NCBI RefSeq assembly: GCF_004353825.1
Contig: NZ_SMNA01000004.1
Location: forward strand, 62,001-126,000
Source of the DNA: Occultella glacieicola
Lineage (GTDB): Bacteria > Actinomycetota > Actinomycetes > Actinomycetales > Beutenbergiaceae
Direction: 5' to 3'
Length of the DNA: 64,000 bases
Of this stretch, positions 9,488 to 17,858 are shown one piece after another. The translations under genes were made by a program, and so were the position numbers. The notes beneath the pieces were generated by a model. That model had not been told where the DNA came from and searched no databases. It saw only the letters and a program-made list of their open reading frames with translations. Positions within the stretch are counted from its first letter, which is position 1, and each line of letters starts with the position of its first letter.

Positions 9488-10435
9488 TCAGACGGCTCGG
9501 CCGAGCCGAGCGGTCAGGGTGCCGACCGCCGCACGGAGCTCGTCGGGGCCCTCCACGCTGAACTCCGCGTCGAACATGCAGAACCAGGCGGCGAGCGCGG
9601 TGTAGGTCCAGGAGCCGGCCTCGACCCAGCAGGACTCCTCGTCACGGGCCATGACCGTGCCCTGCTGGCGGATCCATGGGGCCACGGTGGTCGCCGGCGC
9701 GTGCAGCAGGACCCGGCCCCGGGCCGGCCACTGGGTGGATCCGGCCACCTGGCTGCGGAGGTAGTCGGCCAGGTCCTCCTCGGGCAGCTCCCGCGGGGTG
9801 AACCGGGCACCGTGCGGGATCCGCAGCGTCATCCGGTCCGCCCGGAACGTGCGCCACGCCTGGCGGTCCAGGCACCAGGCGACGAGGTACCAGCGGGTGC
9901 CCCAGCTGACCAGCCGGTGTGGCTCGGTCCGCCGCAACGACGGCGTTCCGTCCTTGGCCACGTAGTCGAACCTAAGGACCTGGTGGTCCCGGCACACCGC
10001 ACCGAGTTCCAGGAGCAGTTCGGCATCGACCTGGGGCGCCTGGGCCGCCGTCGGCACCGACGTGAACTGGAGCGCATCCACCCGGTGCCGCAGCCGGGAC
10101 GGCATCACCTGGCGCACGGTGGTCAACGCGCGCAGCGCCGCCTCCTCGATACCGGCGACCCCGCTGCTCGCGGTCTGCAGGGCGACGGCGACGGCGACGG
10201 CCTGCTCGTCGTCGAGCAGCAACGGTGGCAGTTCGGTGCCGGCGCCGAGGCGGTAGCCGCCGTCGGGTCCCTTCGTGGCCTGCACCGGATAGCCCAGCTC
10301 GCGCAGCCGGTCGACGTCCCGGCGGACGGTGCGGGGGCTGACGTCGAGCCGTTCGGCGAGGTCCGCGCCGGGCCAGTCCCGGCGCGCCTGCAGCAACGAG
10401 AGCAGTTTGAGCAACCGTCCGGACGTCTCCCACAT
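9488..10435 (-). CDS. YafY-type HTH-WYL transcriptional regulator
   Basis: RLLKLLSLLQ, LAERLDVSPRTVRRDVDRLRELGY, EPHRLV..RWYL, WRTFRADR. Confidence 0.93.
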   Translation of the reverse strand: MWETSGRLLKLLSLLQARRDWPGADLAERLDVSPRTVRRDVDRLRELGYPVQATKGPDGGYRLGAGTELPPLLLDDEQAVAVAVALQTASSGVAGIEEAALRALTTVRQVMPSRLRHRVDALQFTSVPTAAQAPQVDAELLLELGAVCRDHQVLRFDYVAKDGTPSLRRTEPHRLVSWGTRWYLVAWCLDRQAWRTFRADRMTLRIPHGARFTPRELPEEDLADYLRSQVAGSTQWPARGRVLLHAPATTVAPWIRQQGTVMARDEESCWVEAGSWTYTALAAWFCMFDAEFSVEGPDELRAAVGTLTARLGRAV

Positions 10436-10451
10436 GCCACCAGTCTGGCAC

Positions 10452-10480
10452 CGGAAGCGGCCAGCACCTGTCCGCTTCCG
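10452..10480. promoter_or_regulatory. inverted repeat, putative operator of the WYL regulator
   Basis: cggaagcgg-N11-ccgcttccg, perfect 9-bp arms just upstream of the WYL start. Confidence 0.65.
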
Positions 10481-10583
10481 TGGAGCGCCGTCGACGAAGG
10501 TTCGTGGCCGGATCGTTGCGTGCGCGGCATCGCAACCGGGCGCGCGGCGACCTAGACTCGGGAGCCAACGAGGGGTGGTCAGC

Positions 10584-11030
10584 GTGAGGCGTACCAGAAC
10601 CGTGGTGGTGGCAGCGTTCCTGTTCGGCGCGCTGCTCGGCCTGTCCGGATGTGGCGTCGAGGAGCCCGTCGACGATCCACCGAGCGGGACCACTGAGCCG
10701 ACCGGGTCCGAGGAACCGACCGATGACGACACCGACGACCCGGGTGACGACGTCGATCCCGCGGTGAGCGCCGCCGTCGACGATCTCGCCGAGCGACTCG
10801 ACGTGGCCGCCGACGACATCGAGGCGGGTTCTCTGGAATCCGTCACCTGGCGGGACGGCGCGATCGGTTGCCCGGTGCCGGACCAGGCGTACACGCAGGC
10901 GCTCGTCGAGGGCCGGCGGCTGATCCTCACCTCGGGCGGCGAGGAGTACGCCTACCACGGCGCCGGCGAGGACCCACTGGTGTACTGCGAGACCCCCGAG
11001 GAGCCGTTCGAGGTCGACGCAGCCTCCTGA
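10584..11030 (+). CDS. hypothetical lipoprotein
   Basis: Lipobox LSGC, acidic P/T/D linker, VTW.DGAIGCP..YTQALV.G..Y.YH domain. Confidence 0.75.
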   Translation: MRRTRTVVVAAFLFGALLGLSGCGVEEPVDDPPSGTTEPTGSEEPTDDDTDDPGDDVDPAVSAAVDDLAERLDVAADDIEAGSLESVTWRDGAIGCPVPDQAYTQALVEGRRLILTSGGEEYAYHGAGEDPLVYCETPEEPFEVDAAS

Positions 11031-11032
11031 CG

Positions 11033-11686
11033 CTAACGAGTCCCGGGCCGGTTCAACGGCTCGATCACGGCCCAGGGCTCGCCGCCGCTGGTCAACCGCA
11101 CGGGCCGGCCGTCGCCCAGCGCCCGCAGGATCTCGGGCCAGCGGCGCGGGGCGTCCCGCTCCTCGACCTGCAGTCCATCGCGCTTGGCGACCTCGGTCAG
11201 CGCGCGATCGGCGGTCTCCGCCCGGTCTCGCACGATCGCTGCCGCGGGCTCGGCTTCGACCAGGTCGAGTCGAACGAGCCATTCGATCGCACGCGACTCG
11301 GCCCGGGCGTCCCGGAACCGGAACCACGCGGCGCGCAGCGGTTCGGGGGCTTCGTGGAGCGCGTCCCGGAATCGTCGGAACGGACCATGTCCCTCGAGTG
11401 CGAGTTCCAGGCGACGCCGCACCGCGGGGTCGGCCACGGCAGCCGTGAACACCTCCATGTCCCCGTAGCCAGTTCGGGAACCGACCGGCTCGACCGGGAC
11501 CCAGTCCTGTTCGCCGGCGTCTGCCGGCTCGCCGTCCGCGTCGAGAGCCTCGCCCTCGAAGGAGGGGATCACCTGACCGGTAGCCGGATCGAAGTGCCCG
11601 GCACCGTAGTCGGAGGCGTCCATGAGAGGGGCCAGCATGTCGAGGTCGACCCTCTCAGGGTCGAGTGTCGGGCGTTCCTCGTTCAT
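11033..11686 (-). CDS. UPF0158 family protein with C-terminal extension
   Basis: Y.DM..F...V.D..L..AL.G.GPFRRFRD.L..W..F signature. Confidence 0.8.
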   Translation of the reverse strand: MNEERPTLDPERVDLDMLAPLMDASDYGAGHFDPATGQVIPSFEGEALDADGEPADAGEQDWVPVEPVGSRTGYGDMEVFTAAVADPAVRRRLELALEGHGPFRRFRDALHEAPEPLRAAWFRFRDARAESRAIEWLVRLDLVEAEPAAAIVRDRAETADRALTEVAKRDGLQVEERDAPRRWPEILRALGDGRPVRLTSGGEPWAVIEPLNRPGTR

Positions 11687-11746
11687 CTGCCCAATCGTGC
11701 CCGCGCGCCGCCATCCTCGACAGGACCAGCCCGAACATCGTCCAAA

Positions 11747-11783
11747 GTAGCGGACCGGAGCTGACCTCTACCGTCCCTAGCGT
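11747..11783 (+). promoter_or_regulatory. putative WYL operator plus -10 box of ABC exporter operon
   Basis: gtagcgg-N11-cctctac imperfect IR, then TAGCGT, then RBS GAGGAGG. Confidence 0.55.
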
Positions 11784-11812
11784 GGTCCTCACCACCACCG
11801 AGGAGGGACCAC

Positions 11813-12793
11813 ATGATCCACACCGAAGGCCTGACGAAGGACTTCGTCGTCAGCCGCAAGGAGACCGTGCACGCCGTGCGCGGCATCGATCTCGACGTCG
11901 CACCCGGCGAACTCGTCGCGATCCTCGGGCCGAACGGGGCCGGCAAGACCACGACGATGCGGATGCTCACCACGCTGCTCGCGCCGACCTCCGGCTCGGC
12001 GCGGGTGGCCGGGTTCGACGTGCTCACCCAGCCGGGTCACGTGCGCCGCCGGATCGGCTACGTCGGCCAGGGCAACGGGGCTGGCCACAACCAGCGCGCC
12101 GCGGACGAGCTGTACTCCCAGGGCGTCACGTACGGGCTGTCCCGTGCGGACTCGCGCCGCCGGGCCGGCGAACTGTTGGACTCCCTCGATCTGGCCGGCA
12201 AAGCACAGCGCAAGGTGACCGACCTCTCCGGCGGTCAGCGACGCCGTCTGGACGTGGCGATGGGACTCATGCACGCCCCGCCGCTGCTCGTCCTCGACGA
12301 GCCCTCCACCGGACTGGACCCGCAGAACCGGGCCAACCTGTGGGAGCACATCACCGCGATGCGGACCGCGTTCGACATCACCGTGCTGTTGACCACCCAC
12401 TACCTCGACGAGGCCGACTCGATGGCCGAGCGGGTGGTCGTGGTGGACCACGGCGAGGTGATCGCCGACGACACACCGGACGCCTTGAAGACCCAACTCG
12501 CCGGCGACCTGCTCGTGGTCATCGCCGACGAGCCCGACGGCGCCGCGCACCTCGCGCACATCGTCGAGCGTTGGGAGGGCGCGACCGAGGTCGCCGTGAC
12601 CGGCACCCGGATCACCGCGCGGATCGCGAACGGCACCACCCGCGTGGCCGAGCTCGTGCACACGGCCGACGCGGCCGCCGTCGGGCTCGCCGACGTGCAG
12701 GTGCGCCGCCCCACCCTTGACGACGTGTTCCTGAATCTGACCGGACGGAGCCTGCGCGAGAGCGGGACCGAGAACGAGGAGGTGGCGGCATGA
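11813..12793 (+). CDS. ABC exporter ATP-binding protein (DrrA-like)
   Basis: GPNGAGKTT, LSGGQRRRL, LDEPSTGLDP, TTHYLDEA. Confidence 0.93.
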   Translation: MIHTEGLTKDFVVSRKETVHAVRGIDLDVAPGELVAILGPNGAGKTTTMRMLTTLLAPTSGSARVAGFDVLTQPGHVRRRIGYVGQGNGAGHNQRAADELYSQGVTYGLSRADSRRRAGELLDSLDLAGKAQRKVTDLSGGQRRRLDVAMGLMHAPPLLVLDEPSTGLDPQNRANLWEHITAMRTAFDITVLLTTHYLDEADSMAERVVVVDHGEVIADDTPDALKTQLAGDLLVVIADEPDGAAHLAHIVERWEGATEVAVTGTRITARIANGTTRVAELVHTADAAAVGLADVQVRRPTLDDVFLNLTGRSLRESGTENEEVAA

Positions 12794-13611
12794 GTACGAC
12801 AACCCTGACCCCGAACCCGATGGTGGCGACCGAGGCGACGGCGGAGCGGAGCTCGTTGGCGCGCGACACCGGCATCGTGCTGATGCGCGAGCTGCGGCCG
12901 ATGCTCCGGGACCCGTTCTCGCTGATCTTCGGGCTGGTGCAGCCGATCGTGTTCCTGGCCCTGTTCGGCCCGCTGCTCGGCGGTAGCCTGGCCGGTTCGG
13001 TCCCCGGCGGCAGCGTGTGGCAGTGGTTCGTGCCCGCCATCCTGGTGATGACCGCGCTGTTCGGATCCTCGACCGTGGGGTCGAACCTGCTCTACGAGAT
13101 GCAGACCGGTGCGCACGAACGGATGCTCGTCACGCCGCTGTCCCGTTCGTCGCTGCTGGTGGGCCGGGCCCTGAAGGAGATGGTCACCCTCGGCGCGCAG
13201 GCGGTCCTGATCGTGGCCGTGATGGTGCCGTTCGGATTCCGGCTGTACCCGGCCGGCGCACTCCTGGGCCTGGTGCTGCTCGCGGTGTTCGGGATCGGGC
13301 TCGGCTCGCTCAGCTACGCGCTCGCGATCGCCGTGCGCAAGCAGGACTGGATGTTCTGGGTGGTGCAGCAGACGTTCCTGTTCCCGCTGATGATCCTGTC
13401 CGGGATGCTGCTGCCCCTGGAGTCCGGGCCCGGCTGGATGCAGGTGCTGTCCCGGTTCAACCCGCTCACCTACATCGTCGACGCCGAGCGGGCCCTGTTC
13501 TCCGGCGAGCTCGCCTCGGGAGGAGTGGCCTGGGGCGCGCTCGCCGCGGTGGCGACCCTCGCCGTCGGGCTCGCGGTCGGCATCCGTGGGATGCGGCGCA
13601 GCGCCGGCTGA
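12790..13611 (+). CDS. ABC-2 type permease (DrrB-like)
   Basis: About six TM helices, ER.LVTP, LSG..LP, NPLTY; ATGA overlap with ATPase. Confidence 0.9.
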   Translation: MSTTTLTPNPMVATEATAERSSLARDTGIVLMRELRPMLRDPFSLIFGLVQPIVFLALFGPLLGGSLAGSVPGGSVWQWFVPAILVMTALFGSSTVGSNLLYEMQTGAHERMLVTPLSRSSLLVGRALKEMVTLGAQAVLIVAVMVPFGFRLYPAGALLGLVLLAVFGIGLGSLSYALAIAVRKQDWMFWVVQQTFLFPLMILSGMLLPLESGPGWMQVLSRFNPLTYIVDAERALFSGELASGGVAWGALAAVATLAVGLAVGIRGMRRSAG

Positions 13612-13662
13612 GCCATCGGACCCGTGGCTGCCCGGGGCGCGCATACATGGTTGGATTGCGAC

Positions 13663-14877
13663 ATGAAGATCGGTGTCATCGGAACCGGCCAGTTCGCGCG
13701 CAGCTTCATCTCCCTGTGGCAGCTCCATCCCGAGGTCGACGCGGTGTACGTGTGCGACCTCGTGCCGGAGCGGGCCGCCGAGCACGTGGAGAAGTACGGC
13801 CTGGCCGGCTCGTTCGCGACGGCGGAGGAGCTCCTCGCCTCGGACGTGGACGCGGTCGCCGTGATGACGCAGCGGTGGAGCCATGGTGAGCTCGTCCTGC
13901 AGGCACTACGGGCCGGCAAGCACGTCTACTCCTCGGTGCCGATGGCGATGACGGAGCAGGAGATCACCGCGATCGTGGCCGAGGTCGAGGCCACCGGGCT
14001 GATCTACATGATGGGGGAGACGAGCTACTACAACCCCGCCGTCGTGTGGGCGAGGCAGAAGATCGCCGCCGGGGAGCTCGGGCGGGTCTTCTACGCCGAG
14101 GGCGACTACGTCCACGACATGGACAACGGCTTCTACGCCGCGTACCGCTACAGCGGCGGGGACGACTGGAAATCGACGGCGAGCTACCCGCCGATGCTGT
14201 ACCCGACCCACGCGCTCGGCGGCGTGCTCGGCGCCCTGCCCACGTATGCCACCAGCGTCAGCTGCATCGGCATCCCGGACGACCGGGGTGACGGCGTGTT
14301 CGACGCCGAGGTGTCCCGGTGGGGCAACACGTTCTCGAACATGAGCGCGCTCTTCGAGCTCGCCGACGGCGGGGCCATGCGCACCAACGAGTTCCGTCGG
14401 GTCGGGTACTGGAAGGGCCACGAGTCGCGGTTCCGGTTCTATGGCACCGAGGCCGTCATGGAGCAGACCGGCGAGGGTGCGACGCTCAGCATCAAGACCG
14501 AGGGCGAGGACTACGCCAAGGGCGACACCCTCGACATCAGCGACCTGTTCTACACCAAGGCCGGCCAGGTGCCCGAGGGCTTCGGCGACGTCGACCCCGC
14601 CCTGATGCAGAGCTTCAGCTCGGGCCTGGCGAAGGTCCACGACCGCTCGCGGCTGCCGAAGGAGTTCGACGGCGCCCACAACGGTCACGAGGGCGCCCAC
14701 CACTTCCTCGCCGACGACTTCGTGCGCGCGGTCACCACGAACACGCAGCCGCCGGTCAACGCATGGACGGCGGCCCGGTTCACCCTGCCCGGTGTGATCG
14801 CCTACGAGTCGGCGAGGCAGGGCGGCGCCCGCCTGGCGATCCCGGACCTGGGAGCGGGGCCGGCCCCAGCCTGGTAG
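13663..14877 (+). CDS. Gfo/Idh/MocA family oxidoreductase
   Basis: KIGVIGTG Rossmann start, AGKHVYSSVP, YAEGDYVHD. Confidence 0.88.
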   Translation: MKIGVIGTGQFARSFISLWQLHPEVDAVYVCDLVPERAAEHVEKYGLAGSFATAEELLASDVDAVAVMTQRWSHGELVLQALRAGKHVYSSVPMAMTEQEITAIVAEVEATGLIYMMGETSYYNPAVVWARQKIAAGELGRVFYAEGDYVHDMDNGFYAAYRYSGGDDWKSTASYPPMLYPTHALGGVLGALPTYATSVSCIGIPDDRGDGVFDAEVSRWGNTFSNMSALFELADGGAMRTNEFRRVGYWKGHESRFRFYGTEAVMEQTGEGATLSIKTEGEDYAKGDTLDISDLFYTKAGQVPEGFGDVDPALMQSFSSGLAKVHDRSRLPKEFDGAHNGHEGAHHFLADDFVRAVTTNTQPPVNAWTAARFTLPGVIAYESARQGGARLAIPDLGAGPAPAW

Positions 14878-14927
14878 ACGCCGGGACCTGGTGGGCCCGC
14901 CATCCCCTGGTGGTGGGCCCGACCGTT

Positions 14928-14967
14928 GTGGTGCGATTCCGACGTACCCGGTGCGTCGGAGTCACAC
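14928..14967. repeat. 40-bp palindromic REP-like element, copy 1
   Basis: gtggtgcgattccgacgtacccggtgcgtcggagtcacac hairpin. Confidence 0.75.
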
Positions 14968-15153
14968 GGCTGACGCTCGAACCGGTGCGCGGCGCGGGCG
15001 AAGGGGCAGCGATCCCCGGGGTGCTCGCGGCCTGGCGTGTGCCACCGTCGGCACGCCGGTGACGCTCGACCCGTACCGCACAGGCGCGACGCCGACGCGT
15101 GGCGGTCCACAGGGGTGGGCGCGCGATCGGGCATCCGTAACCGCGCAGCGCTA

Positions 15154-15193
15154 GTGGTGTGATTGCGACGTACCTGGTGCGTCGCAATCACAC
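15154..15193. repeat. 40-bp palindromic REP-like element, copy 2
   Basis: gtggtgtgattgcgacgtacctggtgcgtcgcaatcacac hairpin. Confidence 0.75.
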
Positions 15194-15239
15194 CGCACGA
15201 GGCGGGGCGGGCGCGGAGAGCGGGCCGCGAGGGGTCCGT

Positions 15240-16112
15240 TCAGCGGACTCCGGTCACCCCGAGCGAGGACGTGATCTGCTTCTGGAACACCAGGAACAGG
15301 ATCACCAGTGGCGCCAGGGCGATCGTGGTCGCGGCCATGACCAGAGTCCAGTTCCCGTTGTACTGGGTCTGCAGTGCGGCGGTGGCGACCGTGATCACGT
15401 TCCACTCCGGCGCCGGCGCGATGATCAGCGGCCACATGAAGTTGTTCCACTGGCTGACCACGGTGATCAGCAGCAGCGTGGCCAGGATCGGCTTGTTCAT
15501 CGGCACCATCACCTGCCACAGTCGCCGCAGGACCCCGGCCCCGTCGATCTTGGCGGCGTCCAGCACGTCCGAGGGCGTGGACCGGAAGTTCTCCCGGAGC
15601 AGGAAGATCGCGTACGGGGAGCCGAACAGGAACGGCACCACCAGGCCCGCAAAGGAGTTCTTCAGGCCCAGCGAGGTCATCATCGAGTACAGCGGGATGA
15701 CCGTGACCACGGCGGGGATCATCAGGGTGGACAGGTACACCCAGAACAGGGTGTCCCGGCCCGGGAACTGCAGCTGCGCGAACGCGTACGCGGCCAGGAT
15801 GGAGGTGAGCATCTGGCCCACCACCAGGACCAGCACCACCTGCGCGGTCACCGCGATCGGCACCACGAAGTTGTACTGCTCGGAGAACAACGCCGCGAAG
15901 TTCTCGCCCGTGACCGGGGCCGGCGGGGTCAGCGGCCAGCTGGTGTTGAACTGCTTCGGGGTCTTCAGCGACGTCATCACGGAGAACACGAACGGGCCGA
16001 GCATCAGCAGGCCGCCGGCGATCAGGAACGCGTAGGTCAGGACGTTCGCGAACAGCCGGGACGAGCCCCAGGAGGCGGTCGCCGACCGACGGGTGCGGGT
16101 GGGCTCGGTCAT
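15240..16112 (-). CDS. uspB: carbohydrate ABC permease, UspB-like
   Basis: EAA-type loop DAAKIDGA, FGSPYAIFLLRE, WNNFMWP; ATGA overlap with upstream permease. Confidence 0.82.
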   Translation of the reverse strand: MTEPTRTRRSATASWGSSRLFANVLTYAFLIAGGLLMLGPFVFSVMTSLKTPKQFNTSWPLTPPAPVTGENFAALFSEQYNFVVPIAVTAQVVLVLVVGQMLTSILAAYAFAQLQFPGRDTLFWVYLSTLMIPAVVTVIPLYSMMTSLGLKNSFAGLVVPFLFGSPYAIFLLRENFRSTPSDVLDAAKIDGAGVLRRLWQVMVPMNKPILATLLLITVVSQWNNFMWPLIIAPAPEWNVITVATAALQTQYNGNWTLVMAATTIALAPLVILFLVFQKQITSSLGVTGVR

Positions 16113-16981
16113 GACATGTCGTAGGTGATCCGGCGCTGGAAGTAGCGCTGCTGGACGAGGGTCACGCCGACCAGGACCACGAACAGGACCACGGCCATCG
16201 CGGCGGCCCGGCCCAGCCGCAGCCCGACGAACGCCTCGTCGTAGATCCGGGCGGCGATCACGTCGGTGCGGAACGCGGGGCCACCCCCGGTCATGGCGTA
16301 GATCGAGTCGAACACCTGGAACGAGGAGATCACCGAGGTGACCGTCACGAAGAACATCGTCGGACGCAGCAGCGGCAGCGTGATCGACACGAGCGTGCGG
16401 ACGCTCCCCGCGCCGTCGAGCATGGCTGCCTCGTACACGGCGCGCGGGATCTGCTGCAGCCCGGCCAGGAAGAACAGCGAAATGTAGCCGACCGTCGACC
16501 AGATCTGCACGAAGACCACGGCGGGCAGCGCGAGGTCCGGGTCGGTGAGCCACTCGATCCGGCGCCCGAGGATCGCGTTCAGGGCGCCGTTCGTGGGGTC
16601 GAAGATCCACTTCCAGACGACGCCGAGAGCCAGCGGGGCGCACACCCAGGGCAGCACGTACAGGACCCGCAGCCAACTCGTCCCGGGTAGGCCCCGGTTG
16701 ATCGCGATCGCGAGCAGCAGGCCGATCGCGATCGAGGCCGGGATGGCCATCAGCACGAACAGCCCGGTGACCAGGAGGGAGTTGCCGAACCGGGGCCAGG
16801 TGAGGATGTAGGCGTAGTTCTCCAGCCCGATCCACTCCGGTGGGCTGATCAGGTTCCACCGCATGAAGGACAGGGCCAGCACGATCAGCACCGGCAGCAA
16901 CAGGAAGCCGATCACGCCGATCAGGCTCGGGAGCAGCATCGCGTACGCCGAACGCGCCTCGTGGCGCTGGCGTGCGTTCAT
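16109..16981 (-). CDS. uspA: carbohydrate ABC permease, UspA-like
   Basis: YEAAMLDGA; LYVLPW.CAPLA, RIEWLTDP.LALP, RRITYD segments recalled from mycobacterial UspA. Confidence 0.85.
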   Translation of the reverse strand: MNARQRHEARSAYAMLLPSLIGVIGFLLLPVLIVLALSFMRWNLISPPEWIGLENYAYILTWPRFGNSLLVTGLFVLMAIPASIAIGLLLAIAINRGLPGTSWLRVLYVLPWVCAPLALGVVWKWIFDPTNGALNAILGRRIEWLTDPDLALPAVVFVQIWSTVGYISLFFLAGLQQIPRAVYEAAMLDGAGSVRTLVSITLPLLRPTMFFVTVTSVISSFQVFDSIYAMTGGGPAFRTDVIAARIYDEAFVGLRLGRAAAMAVVLFVVLVGVTLVQQRYFQRRITYDMS

Positions 16982-17091
16982 GCGGTCACTCCCCCGGCTG
17001 TCGGTGGAGCGAGCCTAGCCAGATCGGGCCGGTGGGCACGGCCGGCGCGGCGATCGTCTCGCGCCGTGACGTGCCACCGGCGGCAACGGTC

Positions 17092-17664
17092 TCAGTGCAG
17101 CGCGACCTGAACGCCGAGGTAGACCAGCACCCCGATCACCACGGCCCAGGCCGCCACGGCCACGACCCCCCAGACGAAGACCCGCGCCTTCGGGGCGCCG
17201 AATCCAACCATCGCAGCGGCGGTGACGTGGCTGGGCAGCAGCAGCGGGCCGAGGAAGCTCACCCCGGGGACGCCCCAGCGGTCGAACACCCGCCGCATGC
17301 GTTGCCGCTTGGGGTTGGACTCATCGACCGCCGTCGCGGTGGTGTCGATCGTGTCCACGGCCCCGGTCGAGCCGGCGGCGGTCCTTGAGCGCGCGCTGCC
17401 GGCCGAGCTCGCGGCACCGGCGGCGGCCTTGACGCCCGAGCGGACGGCCGACGTGACGCTGACAACCACCAGGAGTGCGATGGCGTTCCCGATCACCGCC
17501 GCGGGGATCGCGATCGCAGGGTGTATACCCGCGACGATCCCGATGACCGAAGCACCCTCCGCCTCGACGTACGGGATGAGCCCGGCGAGCAGGACGCCCA
17601 CCCAGCGCAGCAGCGGAGGCAGGGACTCGGTGAACGCCTGGAGATCGATCAGGAGGTCGGACAT
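17092..17664 (-). CDS. small integral membrane protein (small multidrug-export-like)
   Basis: IPYVE..G...G...G and FDRWGVPGVS.LGP motifs; four hydrophobic segments. Confidence 0.7.
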   Translation of the reverse strand: MSDLLIDLQAFTESLPPLLRWVGVLLAGLIPYVEAEGASVIGIVAGIHPAIAIPAAVIGNAIALLVVVSVTSAVRSGVKAAAGAASSAGSARSRTAAGSTGAVDTIDTTATAVDESNPKRQRMRRVFDRWGVPGVSFLGPLLLPSHVTAAAMVGFGAPKARVFVWGVVAVAAWAVVIGVLVYLGVQVALH

Positions 17665-17858
17665 CGGGGAGCACGCCTTTCGGTTGGGATGTCTCCAGTC
17701 TCGCGGCGACCCGGGTTGGTCGCCAGGGCGCTCGCTCATGGGTTCGGTATGACATTGCTCATGGGTGACGGGCGGTCGAGCGACCTGTCCCGGCGGTGCG
17801 GCAGCACACCGGGTGGGCGCGAACGACGGCCCCGCGGGGTTCGGTCTAGGTTTGGCCC

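Noticed and set aside
9488..10435. WYL gene as marker of a defence island
   Set aside because: YafY-type regulator whose neighbours are an exporter and a lipoprotein, with no adjacent defence genes
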